Part shown: positions 50,755 to 62,970 of the stretch, piece by piece
Layout: each line of letters opens with the position of its first letter
Position numbering within the stretch: position 1 is the first letter of the stretch
Assembly (NCBI GenBank): GCA_977020255.1
Contig: CDROCS010006174.1
Coordinates: forward strand, 1-64,000
DNA length: 64,000 nucleotides
From: Obrimoposthia wandeli
Lineage: Eukaryota
Direction: 5' to 3'
Notes under the pieces: generated by a model
What the model was told of the DNA's origin: nothing
Seen by the model: the letters and a program-made list of their open reading frames with translations, nothing else
Databases searched by the model: none
Position numbers and translations under genes: made by a program

Positions 50755-51252
50755 TTAATGACAAGTTAGTGGCTGCCTAAACAGTGTTAATGTTTTACCA
50801 CTGTCGCTAACTTGAATCTGATACAAGTGGCCATATTCTTCTTCCGTTATGCTCGCTACTTCCTGCTCACTGAGTAATGCTGCCAATTGTGGCGTCGTAT
50901 TGCTGTGTCCTACCACCAAAACATTCTCTTTTTGTTTAAGCAACTGGTGCGTAAACTGATTAAGTTTTGCTGGAGAATATTGTTTAATGGCTAATTTTTG
51001 TTGCTGAGCAAAAGGCGTTGCTGTTTCCATTGTGCGTCGGTACGAGGTGCTATACACTTTTTTTATCTTGGCGTGTGTCAGTAGCGTGGCTAGTTGCTCG
51101 GCCCTTATTTTCCCACATAGTGTCAGTTTTGGGTTTTCTTGGTCTGCTTGCTTTTCAGCATGGCGAACTAAGTAAAGACTAAAGCTGTCTTGCGCTTGTG
51201 CTGGTAATATCGACAACAATAACAAGGGGGCGAGTAAAAGATATTTCATCAC
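50755..51252 (-). CDS. Exported histidine phosphatase (phosphoglycerate mutase/SixA-like)
   Basis: LVRHAEK and VGHSNT motifs; signal peptide. Confidence 0.88.
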   Translation of the reverse strand: MMKYLLLAPLLLLSILPAQAQDSFSLYLVRHAEKQADQENPKLTLCGKIRAEQLATLLTHAKIKKVYSTSYRRTMETATPFAQQQKLAIKQYSPAKLNQFTHQLLKQKENVLVVGHSNTTPQLAALLSEQEVASITEEEYGHLYQIQVSDSGKTLTLFRQPLTCH

Positions 51253-51342
51253 TGGATAGGCTCAGGTTAAATTAAATAGTAGATAGTAAAGCAGCAAGAC
51301 AAAGCGGCCGGCAAGGGGGCTTTGTTTTACTGCTATTGATGT

Positions 51343-52785
51343 TTAGAAAAGTCGGTTCAAACCGTTTAATGCTGCAACCCTGAACGCTTCAGCCATTGTT
51401 GGGTAGTTAAATGTGGTTTCAACAAAGTATTCAATAGTATTGCCACCATTCGTTTGTTGCATAATCGCTTGGCCGATGTGAATAATTTCAGCCGCATTTT
51501 CACCAAAACAATGAATACCCAAAATTTCTTTTGTTTCACGATGAAATAGAATCTTCAATGAACCAACTAAGTTATTTGAAATTTGTGCTCTCGCTAAATG
51601 CTTAAATTGCGCGCGGCCTACTTCATACGGAATTTTTGCTTCAGTCAGCTCTTGCTCAGTTTTACCTACCGAGCTGATCTCCGGAATAGTATAAATACCG
51701 GTAGGAATATCAACCGTAAGTTTAGTTTTTCCGGTACCATCAAGCATAGCGCTGGCACAAATTCGACCTTGATCAAAAGCGGCACTCGCTAAACTTGGAT
51801 AACCAATAACATCACCAACAGCAAAAATACCTTCTACTTCGGTTTGATACGCATCACTGACTTTTAACTGACCACGACCATCAGCTTTTAAGCCTGCATT
51901 TTCAAGTTTTAAGTCTGCTGTGTTGCCGGTACGGCCATTAGCAAATAACAAACAATCAGCACGCATTTTCTTGCCGGACTCTAAGTGAACAATAACAGAG
52001 TCTTCATTGGTTTCTACGCGCTCAATTTGTTCTCCATGGCGAATAACTACACCATTGTTCCATAGGTGATAACTTAAAGAGTCTGACATTTCATCATCTA
52101 AAAATGACAGTAGGCGATCACGTGTGTTGATCAAGTCAACTTTTACCCCGAGTCCTCGAAATATTGACGCATATTCACTGCCGATAACACCCGCACCATA
52201 AATAATGATATGGCGTGGCGAATGTTCAAGCGATAAAATACTGTCAGAGTCGTAAACTCTAGGGTGCGAAAAATCAACATTGTCAGGGTGATATGGGCGA
52301 GAGCCAGTAGCGATGATGATTTGTTTTGCCGTGATTTTTTCGATTGAACCGTCAGTTCGTAGTACTTGGATGGTGTTGGCATCAACAAATGAAGCTTCAC
52401 CGAAAAAATGTTCAACTTGATTACGATTATAGAAGCCGCTGCGTAAATTAACTTGCTTGCGAATAACCGCCGAGGCATGGCTTAAAATATCTTGAAAGGT
52501 TAATTGCTTAGCATTCTGACCAGCATTAAACAAAGGGTTGGAGTTATACTCAATAAGTCGACTTACTGACTGGCGTAGCGCTTTTGATGGGATTGTTCCC
52601 CAATGCGTACAACCACCGCCAACATTATGGTAGCGTTCAATGATGGCAACACGCTTGTCGCGCTTAGCTAAGTTCATAGCAGCACCTTCACCACCAGGAC
52701 CTGTGCCTATAATAATGGCGTCGAAATCATAACTTTTATTCGGACGTTGTGCTTTCTTAGTTTCAGCTTGCGCTTGCTTACCCAC
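51343..52785 (-). CDS. sthA: Soluble pyridine nucleotide transhydrogenase
   Basis: [25 protein letters not shown] and [22 protein letters not shown]. Confidence 0.97.
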   Translation of the reverse strand: MGKQAQAETKKAQRPNKSYDFDAIIIGTGPGGEGAAMNLAKRDKRVAIIERYHNVGGGCTHWGTIPSKALRQSVSRLIEYNSNPLFNAGQNAKQLTFQDILSHASAVIRKQVNLRSGFYNRNQVEHFFGEASFVDANTIQVLRTDGSIEKITAKQIIIATGSRPYHPDNVDFSHPRVYDSDSILSLEHSPRHIIIYGAGVIGSEYASIFRGLGVKVDLINTRDRLLSFLDDEMSDSLSYHLWNNGVVIRHGEQIERVETNEDSVIVHLESGKKMRADCLLFANGRTGNTADLKLENAGLKADGRGQLKVSDAYQTEVEGIFAVGDVIGYPSLASAAFDQGRICASAMLDGTGKTKLTVDIPTGIYTIPEISSVGKTEQELTEAKIPYEVGRAQFKHLARAQISNNLVGSLKILFHRETKEILGIHCFGENAAEIIHIGQAIMQQTNGGNTIEYFVETTFNYPTMAEAFRVAALNGLNRLF

Positions 52786-52851
52786 GGTTAACCCTTAATT
52801 CCTGCTTCAATAGAAAAATTTTAGCAGGAATTAAATCTAAGGTAACTGTTT

Positions 52852-53970
52852 TTATGCTAGTTTTTCTACCATATTTTGCCAGCTTCGTTGTTGCTCGGCT
52901 AGTCGACGCTTAATTTCTTGATATTGTCCCATGACTTCTGAGTTCTCAACATCAGCAATTAACTTGTCACGCTTGGTCGCCATTAGTGCTTTACGTACGG
53001 CATAAAATTCGTTGATCTTATGAATAAGCTCATCGTATTCATGTTGTAACCTTTCTAATAACTGCTCAGCATCAGGGTGTGTTGCTATTTTTTCTTGGCT
53101 GCGTAATAAAATCATCGATAAACGTGCTTTTTCAATTTTATCTTCAGGTGTCACTCGTAGCTTTGATGTTAGCTTTAGATGCTCACAACCTTTGATCAAC
53201 CATTTTGTTGGGTCGAACTGCCACCAGCGAATACCATTACGATAATCGTTTTCAAATATATGATGATAATTATGGTACCCCTCGCCAAAGGTGAAAAATG
53301 CTAAAATACCATTATCGCGCGCCGTATTTTTTTCTGTGTAGGTTTGCTTACCCCAAATGTGCGCTAATGAATTGATGAAAAACGTAGTGTGATGGCTTAA
53401 CACTAAACGTAAGAAACCAAGCAACAGTAAACTATTGATCATATCACCATGCCATAAGCCAAATAATATAGGTACACCAAAATTCATCAGTATGGTGAGC
53501 AGTAAATAATGTTTATGTTGCCAAACAACAATAGCGTCTTTCTGTAAGTCGCGAACATTGCTGTAGTCGTTATATTTATTAGGTTGGTAATCTCTGAGCA
53601 TCCAGCCTATATGCGAATGCCAAAAACCCATTTTTGCTGAGTAAGGGTCAACATGATTTTTATCGACATGTTTGTGATGAATACGGTGATCCGAGGACCA
53701 ATGCAAAGCACTATTTTGTAAAGCAAATGCACCACCTAAAGCATAAATTAGTCTTAATGACCAATGCGCTTGATAGGTTTTATGAGACCACAAGCGGTGA
53801 TAGCCCGCGGTGATCGACATACCGCAATAAATAAAACAAATAATAGCTGCGGTAATTTCAGTGCCGTCAAAGCCATGGGTGAATGCACGGTAAGGTACTG
53901 CAATTGCAGCAAATAAAAAGGTAATGCTAAATACGAAAACATTTAACCAAATAATAGGTGGTTTCTTCAT
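52852..53970 (-). CDS. Acyl-CoA delta-9 fatty acid desaturase
   Basis: His boxes HRLWSH, HRIHH and HNYHH. Start refined to MKKPP (53970) because the ORF-track start lies inside the operator. Confidence 0.92.
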   Translation of the reverse strand: MKKPPIIWLNVFVFSITFLFAAIAVPYRAFTHGFDGTEITAAIICFIYCGMSITAGYHRLWSHKTYQAHWSLRLIYALGGAFALQNSALHWSSDHRIHHKHVDKNHVDPYSAKMGFWHSHIGWMLRDYQPNKYNDYSNVRDLQKDAIVVWQHKHYLLLTILMNFGVPILFGLWHGDMINSLLLLGFLRLVLSHHTTFFINSLAHIWGKQTYTEKNTARDNGILAFFTFGEGYHNYHHIFENDYRNGIRWWQFDPTKWLIKGCEHLKLTSKLRVTPEDKIEKARLSMILLRSQEKIATHPDAEQLLERLQHEYDELIHKINEFYAVRKALMATKRDKLIADVENSEVMGQYQEIKRRLAEQQRSWQNMVEKLA

Positions 53971-54007
53971 TAATCTTCCATCTGAGTTAACTACCGAATG
54001 AATTTCG

Positions 54008-54052
54008 GTGTACACATGTACGCTATTTTAACTTTACACGATACTGAGTCAA
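54008..54052 (-). promoter_or_regulatory. sigma70 promoter with overlapping FabR operator
   Basis: Minus strand TTGACT-16-TAAAAT immediately followed by AGCGTACATGTGTACAC, matching the FabR palindrome AGCGTACAnnTGTACGCT. Confidence 0.8.
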
Positions 54053-54199
54053 GTGTTCAATAGCTATTTATTGATTGTCATCAAAAATTCAAATACCAAA
54101 TTTGCTGATAATTAAAATCAATTTACTAGTAATATTGACTATTTTCAGTATCATATCAAGTCGGATTTAGGGTGAAAATAATGACTGGATATATTGGCT

Positions 54200-54856
54200 A
54201 TGAGTGGTATTCGTGCACTACAGAAAGAAAAAACGCGTCGACAGTTAATTGATGCCGCTTTGGGACAACTCAGCAGTGAACGCAGTTTTTCTAGCCTAAG
54301 CCTTCGAGAAGTCGCAAAAGAAGCGGGGTTAGCACCTACGTCATTTTATCGACATTTTTCTGATATGGACGAACTTGGCTTAACGTTAGTAGACGAGGCT
54401 GGCCTCACTTTGCGTCAATTAATGCGCCAAGCACGACAACGTATTGAAAAGGGCGGCTCTGTTATTCAAATATCTGTTCGTACTTTTATGGAGTTTATTG
54501 AAAATAACGGCAATATATTTCGTTTGTTATTACGAGAGCGTTCAGGAACGTCTGCGGCTTTTCGTGCCGCGGTTAATCGAGAAATTCGTTATTTTACCTT
54601 AGAGCTATGCGATTATTTGCAACAGGCAAATAAGTTAGACGGTGAAGTCGCGTACTTGCAAGCTAATGCTGCTGTTACTATTGTTTTTAGTGCCGGCTCA
54701 GACGCATTAGATTGTGACAAGAATGATTTAGCAGAGTTAGCACAACGAACAATCAAACAACTTAGGTTTATTGCTCGTGGTGCTTTTGAGTTCAGTGTCC
54801 GTAATGAAAATCGCAGTGAACAGCGCAGTAAAAGAATTAAAGGCGAGACAAAATAA
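54200..54856 (+). CDS. fabR: TetR-family fatty-acid biosynthesis repressor
   Basis: [24 protein letters not shown] and PTSFYRHF motifs. Confidence 0.93.
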   Translation: MSGIRALQKEKTRRQLIDAALGQLSSERSFSSLSLREVAKEAGLAPTSFYRHFSDMDELGLTLVDEAGLTLRQLMRQARQRIEKGGSVIQISVRTFMEFIENNGNIFRLLLRERSGTSAAFRAAVNREIRYFTLELCDYLQQANKLDGEVAYLQANAAVTIVFSAGSDALDCDKNDLAELAQRTIKQLRFIARGAFEFSVRNENRSEQRSKRIKGETK

Positions 54857-55931
54857 CACCTGTTTCTATATGATGGGTATAAGGGAATTGGTCGAAAAGT
54901 GCGAAATGCTCAATTTTATGTGTTTTCACCAATTCAACTAGGTTGTCACGTAGCGTTTCTGGATTACATGAAATGTAAATGATGCGTTCAAAACGGCTAA
55001 CAAGTTCAACACTGTCAGGATCTAATCCCGCTCTTGGTGGATCAACCAACACGGTTTGGTAGTTATAGCTGGTCAGATCAAAGCCTTCTAATCGACGAAA
55101 TACCCGTTCGCCATTCATCGCTTGGCTAAAGTCTTCACTGGCCATTCTGACGATATCAACATTATCAAGACTGTTTTCCGAGATATTAACTTGCGCAGAC
55201 TTGACTGAGGTTTTCGATATTTCAGTACCGAGTACCCGATCAAAGTTTTCAGCCAGTGCAATACTAAAGTTACCATTGCCACAGTAAAGCTCAATTAAAT
55301 CACCACCAGTGCCGGTTGTTGCTTTTTGAGCCCAAAGTAACATTTTCTCATTTACCTTAGCATTAGGCTGAGTGAAGCTGTTTTCAACTTGCTGGTAATG
55401 AAACTCCTTATTGTTGACCGATAACCTCTCCATAACAAAGTCTTTATCCAAAATCACTTTTTGCTTTCGTGCACGGCCAATAATGTCGACAGGTGCTATG
55501 GTCGATAAACGTGACTTTAATTGTTTTGCTTGTTCAATCCATTCATCATCTAATTGCTTATGATAAAGCATACTTACCAGCATTTCGCCGCTTAACGTAG
55601 AAAGGAAATCAACCTGAAATAAGCGTTGGCGTAAAACTTCATTGTTTCTTATATCTATTAATAGTGCAGACATAAATTGATTAATGAGCACACTAGCAAC
55701 AGGGAAGTCATCCACTCTGAATTTTTGCTTGGTTTTGCTATCAAACATAATGTAATAAAGGTCATCGCCTTCATGCCAAACCCTAAACTCAGCACGTTGG
55801 CGATAGTTTAATGTTGGAGAAGTGAATATTTCAAATGTTGGCAATTCAAATTGAGCAAAATTTTCGGCAATACTTTGCTCTTTTTCGTCGAGCTGTTGTT
55901 GATAATTATCGGGATGAATGTGGCTAAACAT
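54837..55931 (-). CDS. trmA: tRNA (uracil-54-C5)-methyltransferase
   Basis: [33 protein letters not shown]; 3' end overlaps fabR by 20 nt. Confidence 0.96.
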   Translation of the reverse strand: MFSHIHPDNYQQQLDEKEQSIAENFAQFELPTFEIFTSPTLNYRQRAEFRVWHEGDDLYYIMFDSKTKQKFRVDDFPVASVLINQFMSALLIDIRNNEVLRQRLFQVDFLSTLSGEMLVSMLYHKQLDDEWIEQAKQLKSRLSTIAPVDIIGRARKQKVILDKDFVMERLSVNNKEFHYQQVENSFTQPNAKVNEKMLLWAQKATTGTGGDLIELYCGNGNFSIALAENFDRVLGTEISKTSVKSAQVNISENSLDNVDIVRMASEDFSQAMNGERVFRRLEGFDLTSYNYQTVLVDPPRAGLDPDSVELVSRFERIIYISCNPETLRDNLVELVKTHKIEHFALFDQFPYTHHIETGVILSRL

Positions 55932-56149
55932 TGAAGTACCTTGTTGATAGTGAATACGCGAACAAATTATGAGGCGAAGATTCTAGCGTTTGCACGATTC
56001 TCGTCTACTAATTTTTTGTCTACTAAATAGTGCCCGTATTCTAGAAGAATTACGTTTTCAAGCATAGCATTTAGTAAAATAGATTAGCTTATAGCGGGTA
56101 TGTAGCGATAAGAAATAGTAGAGGATACAGTTTTGATAGTACAGAATGC

Positions 56150-56178
56150 AAAAAGCCCACTGAAAGTAAGTGGGCTTT
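56150..56178 (-). terminator. Terminator of the RRM gene
   Basis: AAAAAGCCCAC-TGAAAGTAA-GTGGGCTTT. Confidence 0.75.
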
Positions 56179-56202
56179 AGTAATGAAAGTTATGTGAATA
56201 CT

Positions 56203-56649
56203 TTAGTCATCACTTTGTTCTGGACGTTCTTTTGCTTCACGAACTTTTAATGTTCTTTGTTGGAACTCGCTATCATTTAAAGATGAAACCGCTTTATCAG
56301 CATCTGCAGCTGATATTTCTACAAAACCGAAACCACGTCTTTTTCCGGTATGCTTATCTTTCATCAATCTGACTGATTGAACTTGGCCATACTCTGAAAA
56401 TAGTTCTCTAACGGCTGCTTCATTGGCTCTATATGGCAAGTTGCCAACATAAAGTGTTGAAATGCTAGTATCTGCTTCAAGTACATTTGCTTCGGCCTTT
56501 CCAACGAGAGGCGCGATAAATGCACAAACAAAAGCAACAACAGCTACGCTCATACTTGTTAGTTCAAATACACTACTGCTAGCTAGTAAATATATAGCAA
56601 CAGAAAATACTAACGCTACAATTAGCGTTAATGCTTGAGGAGACTTCAT
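56203..56649 (-). CDS. Membrane-anchored RNA recognition motif (RRM) protein
   Basis: Two N-terminal TM helices, RNP2 LYVGNL and RNP1 RGFGFVEI. Confidence 0.9.
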   Translation of the reverse strand: MKSPQALTLIVALVFSVAIYLLASSSVFELTSMSVAVVAFVCAFIAPLVGKAEANVLEADTSISTLYVGNLPYRANEAAVRELFSEYGQVQSVRLMKDKHTGKRRGFGFVEISAADADKAVSSLNDSEFQQRTLKVREAKERPEQSDD

Positions 56650-57026
56650 AATGGATACCTAATTATTATTTTATAAGAAACTTAAATTGCAATTCTATGT
56701 TACCCACCTTTTAACAATGTGCAACTATAAGTGCAAATATTATTCAATTTAATCAGACAAGTAACTTAATAATCAGTTAACACTCTACTTTGCTATGTAA
56801 ATGCACCTATATAGGTACTTTTCATGTCTATTTGCACTATATAAGCAATAGTATAAGGAAGGTTATTTGTAAAGTCGCAGGGATACATGAAGAAGGAAAA
56901 CACATAACTAACCTTTCTATTATTTACCACCTGGACGCTGCGCACTCGTCTTTAGCTCAATAAAAACACCGTTCGTACGAATAAGCAACAAACAAACATT
57001 AATTGATAATTAAATGCAATTAAGTG

Positions 57027-57215
57027 TTGACGTGTGGCGAAAATCTAAATGGCTCCACTTCTTCGGGACAAGTCGAAGAGGTTGTTTTAATAGTTATCTC
57101 TATCTTCGATTGATGATTTGGTTAACTCTCGCGTTTTTAAAGATTGGTTTGAAAGTTTTGCGTTTTTAAATAAATTCAAATAAAATGTTGACATTAAAAC
57201 AGAGTTGTGCAGAAT
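57027..57215 (+). promoter_or_regulatory. rrn P1 (garbled) and P2 promoters
   Basis: TTGACG at 57027; TTGACA-16-CAGAAT-GCGCATC at 57188-57215; boxA-like TCTTTAACAAT near 57318. Confidence 0.7.
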
Positions 57216-57559
57216 GCGCATCTCGCTTCAGGCAAGGCCTGCAGCAACGAATTACTTACGGTATAGGCAGGTAGAGATTCTGTATCGGTTAGTTCACCTC
57301 CTCGAGGAAGCTAACTTTCTTTAACAATTAGTTATCATTGTTGTGTGGACACTCAGCTAACGTTAGTTTTACATAGTTATCCTCGGATAACAAAAAACAG
57401 CAATATGATGCTCACGCAAAAAATAAAATATCTTTAAATCTTCAGTTTGAATCATACGTTTTATGTAGTCACTTAGTTCCTAAGTCAGGTTGGCTGCTTA
57501 CGACAAAAATTCATTGAGCAGTAACACATCGCTGATGAGGATTCCACTAAACGATTTTT

Positions 57560-57847
57560 AAATTGAAGAAGTTTGATCTATGGCTCAGATTGAACGCTGG
57601 CGACGAGCAACGCATGCAAGTCGAGCGGTAACAGAGATAGCTTGCACTATCTGCTGACGAAGCGACGGATGGTGAAAGATAGCAGGAATATGCCTTTGAG
57701 TGGGGGGACAACAGTTGGAAACGACTGCTAATACCGCATAACGTCTACGGACCAAGGGGGGGGGATTCGGCACCTCTCGCTCGTGATTAGCCCAAGTGGT
57801 TAGCTGGTGGTAAGGTAATGGCTTACCAGACGACGATCTCGCTGGTT

Positions 57848-57881
<34 letters not shown>

Positions 57882-58588
57882 GACTCCTGGAAGGCGTGAT
57901 GAGAATGTGCACAATGGGCGAAAGCTGTTACAGCCATGCCGCGTGTCTGAAGAAGGCCTTTGGGTTGTAAACAACAGCGGAGAAGGTTAGTAGTTAACTG
58001 CTAGCTGTACTGACGTTACTCGCGGAAAAACTCCTTCAACCTTCGTGCCAGCAGCCGCGTCAATACGAGGTGCAAGCGTTAATCATGATTACTGGGCGTA
58101 AAGCGTGCGTAGGTGGTTGTTAAGCAAGATGTTAGCCCGGTCATATGGGAACTGCATTTTGAACTGGCAAGCTGAGTTTTGTAGAAGGTGATGGAATTTC
58201 CAGTGTAGCGGTGAAATGCGTAGAGATTGGAAGGAACATCAGTGGCGAAGGCGCTCATGGAACGACACTAAGGCGAAAGCGTGAGGCAAACAGGATTAGA
58301 TACTGGTAGTCCGCATCAACGTCGTAAACTAGCCGTCTGTGGTCTTGAACCGTGGGTGGCTAACGCTATGCGATTGATATAGCCTGGGGAGTACGGCCGC
58401 AAGGTTAAAAACTCAAATGGAAGGTGTACGGGGGCCGCACCGTAAGCGGTGGAGCATGTGGTTTAATTCGATGCAACGCGAAGAACCTTACCATCCGCAG
58501 TATCCAGAGAAGAGACCCAAGACCAGGCTTGTGCCTTCTAAGACTCTGTGACAGGTGCTGCATGGCTGTCGTCGGCTCGTGTTGTGAA

Positions 58589-58623
<35 letters not shown>

Positions 58624-58668
58624 ATCCTTATTTGCCAGCGCGTGATGGCGGGAATAAAAAAGAAGGAG

Positions 58669-58721
<53 letters not shown>

Positions 58722-58984
58722 CTTACGGGATGGGCTACACGTGCTACAATGGCAAGTACAGAGGGCAGCAATACCGCGAGGTGGAGCGATCCACAAAGCT
58801 TGTCGTAACAGTCGGATTGGAGTCAACTCGACTCCATGAAGTCGGAATCGCTAAATCGTGAATCAGGAATGCTACGGTGAATACGTTCCCGGACCTTTGT
58901 ACACACCGCCCGTCACACCATGGGGTGGTTTGCAAAGAAGTGGCTAGTTTAACCCTTCGGGAGGACGGTCACCACTTTGTGATT

Positions 58985-59015
<31 letters not shown>

Positions 59016-59050
59016 CTAGGGGAACTTTGGGGGTTGGATCACCTCACTTA
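57560..59050 (+). rRNA. rrs: 16S rRNA (error-rich sequence)
   Basis: Conserved blocks GTGCCAGCAGCCGCG, GGATTAGATAC and AAGTCGTAACAAGGTA; many indels; ~45 nt shorter than typical. Confidence 0.95.
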
Positions 59051-59154
59051 TCTTGAAGTAAAAACAACATGAGAACCTCGGTTTACCACGGGTGTTCACA
59101 CAAATTACATGATAACAAATTAGAAGAAGAAACGTAAACCCTAATTGTAATAAA

Positions 59155-59231
59155 GGGGCCATAGCTCAGCTGGGAGAGCGCCTGCATGGCATGCAGGAGG
59201 TCGGCGGTTCAGGTCCTGCTTAGCTCCACCA
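59155..59231 (+). tRNA. tRNA-Ala(GGC)
   Basis: GGGGCCATAGCTCAG...CCTGC-ATGGCAT-GCAGG...GCTCCACCA; G3:U70 pair; A32/U38 loop; T-arm garbled. Confidence 0.8.
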
Positions 59232-59265
59232 CTTATTATACGAGTATCGATGTTTGATACGATGC

Positions 59266-59281
59266 AGGTCTGTAGCTCAGC

Positions 59282-59314
<33 letters not shown>

Positions 59315-59342
59315 GGCAGTTCAAGTCTGCCCAGACCTACCA
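59266..59342 (+). tRNA. tRNA-Ile(GAT)
   Basis: Clean cloverleaf AGGTCTGTAGCTCAG...CACCC-CTGATAA-GGGTG...AGACCTACCA. Confidence 0.97.
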
Positions 59343-59775
59343 ATCTTCTTCACTAAAGAAAGAGACCAAACTTAAGTTACGCTTTTTAAGCTACTTTAAG
59401 TTTGGTTTTTTAAACCACGATTTATGCCGAATGCGTGCATTAATTGAATTCTTTAACAATCTGGAAAGCTGATATAAATACCGGTATTTATATGGCAAAC
59501 ACGGTGTCGCGCTGTTGTTTGTAAATTATAAATACCAAGCTGTTGTTAATAGGAATATCGCCTGTTAATAATGGTGATTACGGGTCCTCCTCACTTTTGT
59601 TAGGTAGGGAATGTAATCAACCCGGTAGTTTATTTCGTTTAGTTTACTAAATGTAATGAATTACCACTCTTATTCAAGACACACTTTGTGTGCGTGAAAA
59701 TGTCAGACTTTACAATTGCATTGGTTTAGTCACCAGTGTGTACTTTGTGTCTTCCGAGACTACTTAGGGTTGTAT

Positions 59776-61672
59776 GGTTAAGTGACTAAGCGTATGTGGT
59801 GGATGCCTTGGCAGTTAGAGGCGATGAAGGACGTGTTAATCTGCGAAAAGCTCAGGTGAGGTGATAAAAACCGTTATAGCCTGAGATGTCCGAATGGGGA
59901 AACCCACCCGTCGTAAGGCCGGAAGTATCATTAAGCCGAAATACATAGCTTAATGAGGCGAACCAGGAAGAACTGAAACATCTAAGTACCCCGAGGAAAA
60001 AATCAACCGAGATTTCATATTAGCGGCGAGCGAACGGGAATTAGCCCTTAAGTGGTTTGCTTAAGTTGGTGGAATCTGGAAAGTAGAACGATACAGGGTG
60101 ATAGTCCGTACACGAAAATAAGCTTATCATGAAATCGAGTAGGTCGGCACACGTGAAACGTTGAGCTAGTTGTGGGGGACCATCACTCAAGGCTAAATAT
60201 ACAACTGACCGTGGTGAACCAGTACGTGAGGAAAGGCGAAAAAAGACATGTGAGAGTGAAATAGAACCTGAAACCACATACGTACAAGCAGTGAGAGCCA
60301 GGATTTAGTCCGGTGATTGCGTACCTTTGTATATGGGTCAGCGACTTATATTCTGTAGCAAAGGTTAACCGAATAGGGGAGCCGTAGCGAAAGCAGTGAG
60401 TAACTGCGCGTTTAGTTGCAGGGTATGGGCCAGAAACCCGGCGATCTACCCATGGGGCAGGTTGAAGGTTGAATAACATCAACTGGAGGACCGAACACAC
60501 GTATGTTGAAAAAATGCGGTGATGACTTGTGGGTCAGGTGAAAGGCTAATCAAACCGGGAGGCAGCTGGTTCTCCCCCAGAAATCTATTTAGGTAGAGCC
60601 TCGCACGAGGCACCATTGGGGGTAGAGCACTGTTAGGCTAGGGGGTCATCCCGACTTACCAACCCTTTACCAAGCTCGAATACCAATGAGTGATATGCGG
60701 GGAGACACTACAGGTGCTAACGTCCGTTGTGAAGGAAACAACCCAGACCGCCGCTAAGGTCCCAAAGTACTAGTTAAAGTGGGAAACGATGTGGAAAGGC
60801 ATAGACAGCTAGGAGGTTGGCTTAAAGCAGCCATCCTTTAAAGAAAGCGTAATAGCTCACTAGTCGAGTCGGTCTGCGCGGAAGATGTAACAGGGGCTAA
60901 ACTAGTCACCGAAGCTGCGGATTTGTATAGGGTCAGAATGTTGGGGAAGCGTTCTGTAAGCCGTTGAAGGTGAGTTGGCAAAAAGCTGCTGGAGGTATCA
61001 GAAGTGCGAATGCTGGCATGAGGAAGCCAACGATAAAGGGGAGTGAAAAACTCCCCCGCCGAAAAAGACAAGGTTTCCTGTCCCATGTTAATCAGGGCAG
61101 GGTAAAGTCTTCCCCTAAGGCGAGGCAGGAAGCTGCGTAGTCGATGAAACAGATTAATATTTCTGTACTTCTATATATTGAAGGAGGAGGGACGGGTAGG
61201 CTAGGTGAGCACGGCGTTGAGCAGTCCGTGTATGAGAAAGTAGGTAGGCTGGTTGACTTGGAATCCGGGTCTTCATTCAACGCTGAGATACGAGACGAGA
61301 CTCTACGGAGTTGAAGTCATTGATGCCATACTTCGGGAAAAGCTTCTAAACTTCAGATATATAGACTTAGCACCCACAAGCCGACACAGGTGGTTGGGTA
61401 GAGAATACTAAGGCCTTGAGAACTCGGGTGAAGGAACTAGCAAAATAGTACCGTAACTTCGGGAGAAGGTACGCTCTTCAGTGTGAAGCCCTTTGCGGCG
61501 TAAGCACAGGATATCGAAGCAACCAGGTGGCTGGAACTGTTTATTAAAAACACAGCACTGAAAAACGAGCGATGATTTATACGGTGTGGTCGCCCGGTGC
61601 GCCGGAAGGTTAATTGATTGCTAGTTTTCGGACGAAGCTCACAGATCGAAGCCCGAAACGGCGGCCGCAACT

Positions 61673-61703
<31 letters not shown>

Positions 61704-61707
61704 TGTC

Positions 61708-61738
<31 letters not shown>

Positions 61739-61997
61739 CATGGCCACACTGTCTCCACCCGAGACTCAGTGAAATTGAAATTGCGGTTAAGATGCCGTAT
61801 ACCCGCGGCTAGACGTGAAAGACCCCCGTGAACCCACTATAGCTTTATAGTGAACATTGCTCCTACATGTGTAGTGGATAGGGAGACTATGAAACCATGT
61901 CGCTAGATGGTGGAGCTCAATTTTGAAATACCTCACCCTTGTATGCGTGATGTAGCCTTGAACCTAGGGCCCCACCGGCTTGGGGACACCGTCTGGT

Positions 61998-62043
<46 letters not shown>

Positions 62044-62123
62044 GCGCGAAGCTTGGCTCAGCACGGTCGGACATCGTACGGTTAGTACAATGGCATAAGC
62101 CAGCTTAACTGCGAGACAGACAC

Positions 62124-62222
<99 letters not shown>

Positions 62223-62251
62223 ACCGCCCAAGAGTTCATATCGACGGCGGT

Positions 62252-62294
<43 letters not shown>

Positions 62295-62296
62295 TC

Positions 62297-62329
<33 letters not shown>

Positions 62330-62498
62330 TGGTACGCGAGCTGGGTTTAGAACGTCGTGAGACAGTTCGGTCCCTATCTGCCGTGGGCGTTTGAGAATTG
62401 AAGAGGGCTGCTCCTAGTACGAGAGGACCGGAGTGGACGAACCGCTGGTGTTCGGGTTGTTATGCCAATAGCATTGCCCGGTAGCTACGTTCGGAACT

Positions 62499-62529
<31 letters not shown>

Positions 62530-62665
62530 AGGCTTTGAGATGAGTTCTCACTGGAGCTTTAAGCTCCCTAAAGGGTCGTTGGAGACTACAACGTTGATAG
62601 GCAAGGTGTGGAAGTGCTGCGAGGCATTGAGCTAACTTGTACTAATTACCCGTGAGGCTTAACCA
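59776..62665 (+). rRNA. rrl: 23S rRNA (5' two-thirds error-rich, 3' ~600 nt clean)
   Basis: GGTTAAGTGACTAAGCG start, peptidyl-transferase centre GATAACAGGCTG...CCTCGATGTCGGCTC, end GAGGCTTAACCA. Confidence 0.95.
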
Positions 62666-62843
62666 TACAACACCCAAGTAGTTTTACTGAAAAGTGACTA
62701 TGAAGTGAATTGTAGGTAAGTTTGACTAACACTCGCAAGAGTGACACGTACATAAAGAATTGAATAAGAATTCGAACAAAAAACGTATTTATCATCACTG
62801 AGACAAGGTCTCACTGATACAGCTTTCAAGATTGTACCCTTTT

Positions 62844-62960
62844 TGTCTAGCGACAATAGCGACATAGTCCCACCTGATCCCATTCCGAACTCAGAAGTGA
62901 AATGTGTTAGCGCCGATGGTAGTGTGGGAGTTCCCATGTGAGAGTAGGACATTGCTAGGC
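62844..62960 (+). rRNA. rrf: 5S rRNA
   Basis: CCACCTGATCCCATTCCGAACTCAGAAGTGAAA...GCCGATGGTAGTGTGGG. Confidence 0.95.
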
Positions 62961-62970
62961 TTCTATTTAG

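Noticed and set aside
55932-56200. Cobalamin riboswitch or btuB remnant next to trmA
   Set aside because: No B12-box or btuB-like sequence; only a promoter and terminator region.
59343-59775. Intervening element or extra RNA in the long palindrome-rich spacer
   Set aside because: Contains boxA and processing-stem-like hairpins typical of rrn spacers; no tRNA fold or ORF found.
57585-62952. ORFs inside the rRNA genes (57585, 58488, 58642, 60041, 60183, 60838, 61092, 61437, 62082, 62698)
   Set aside because: Chance frames within rRNA sequence.
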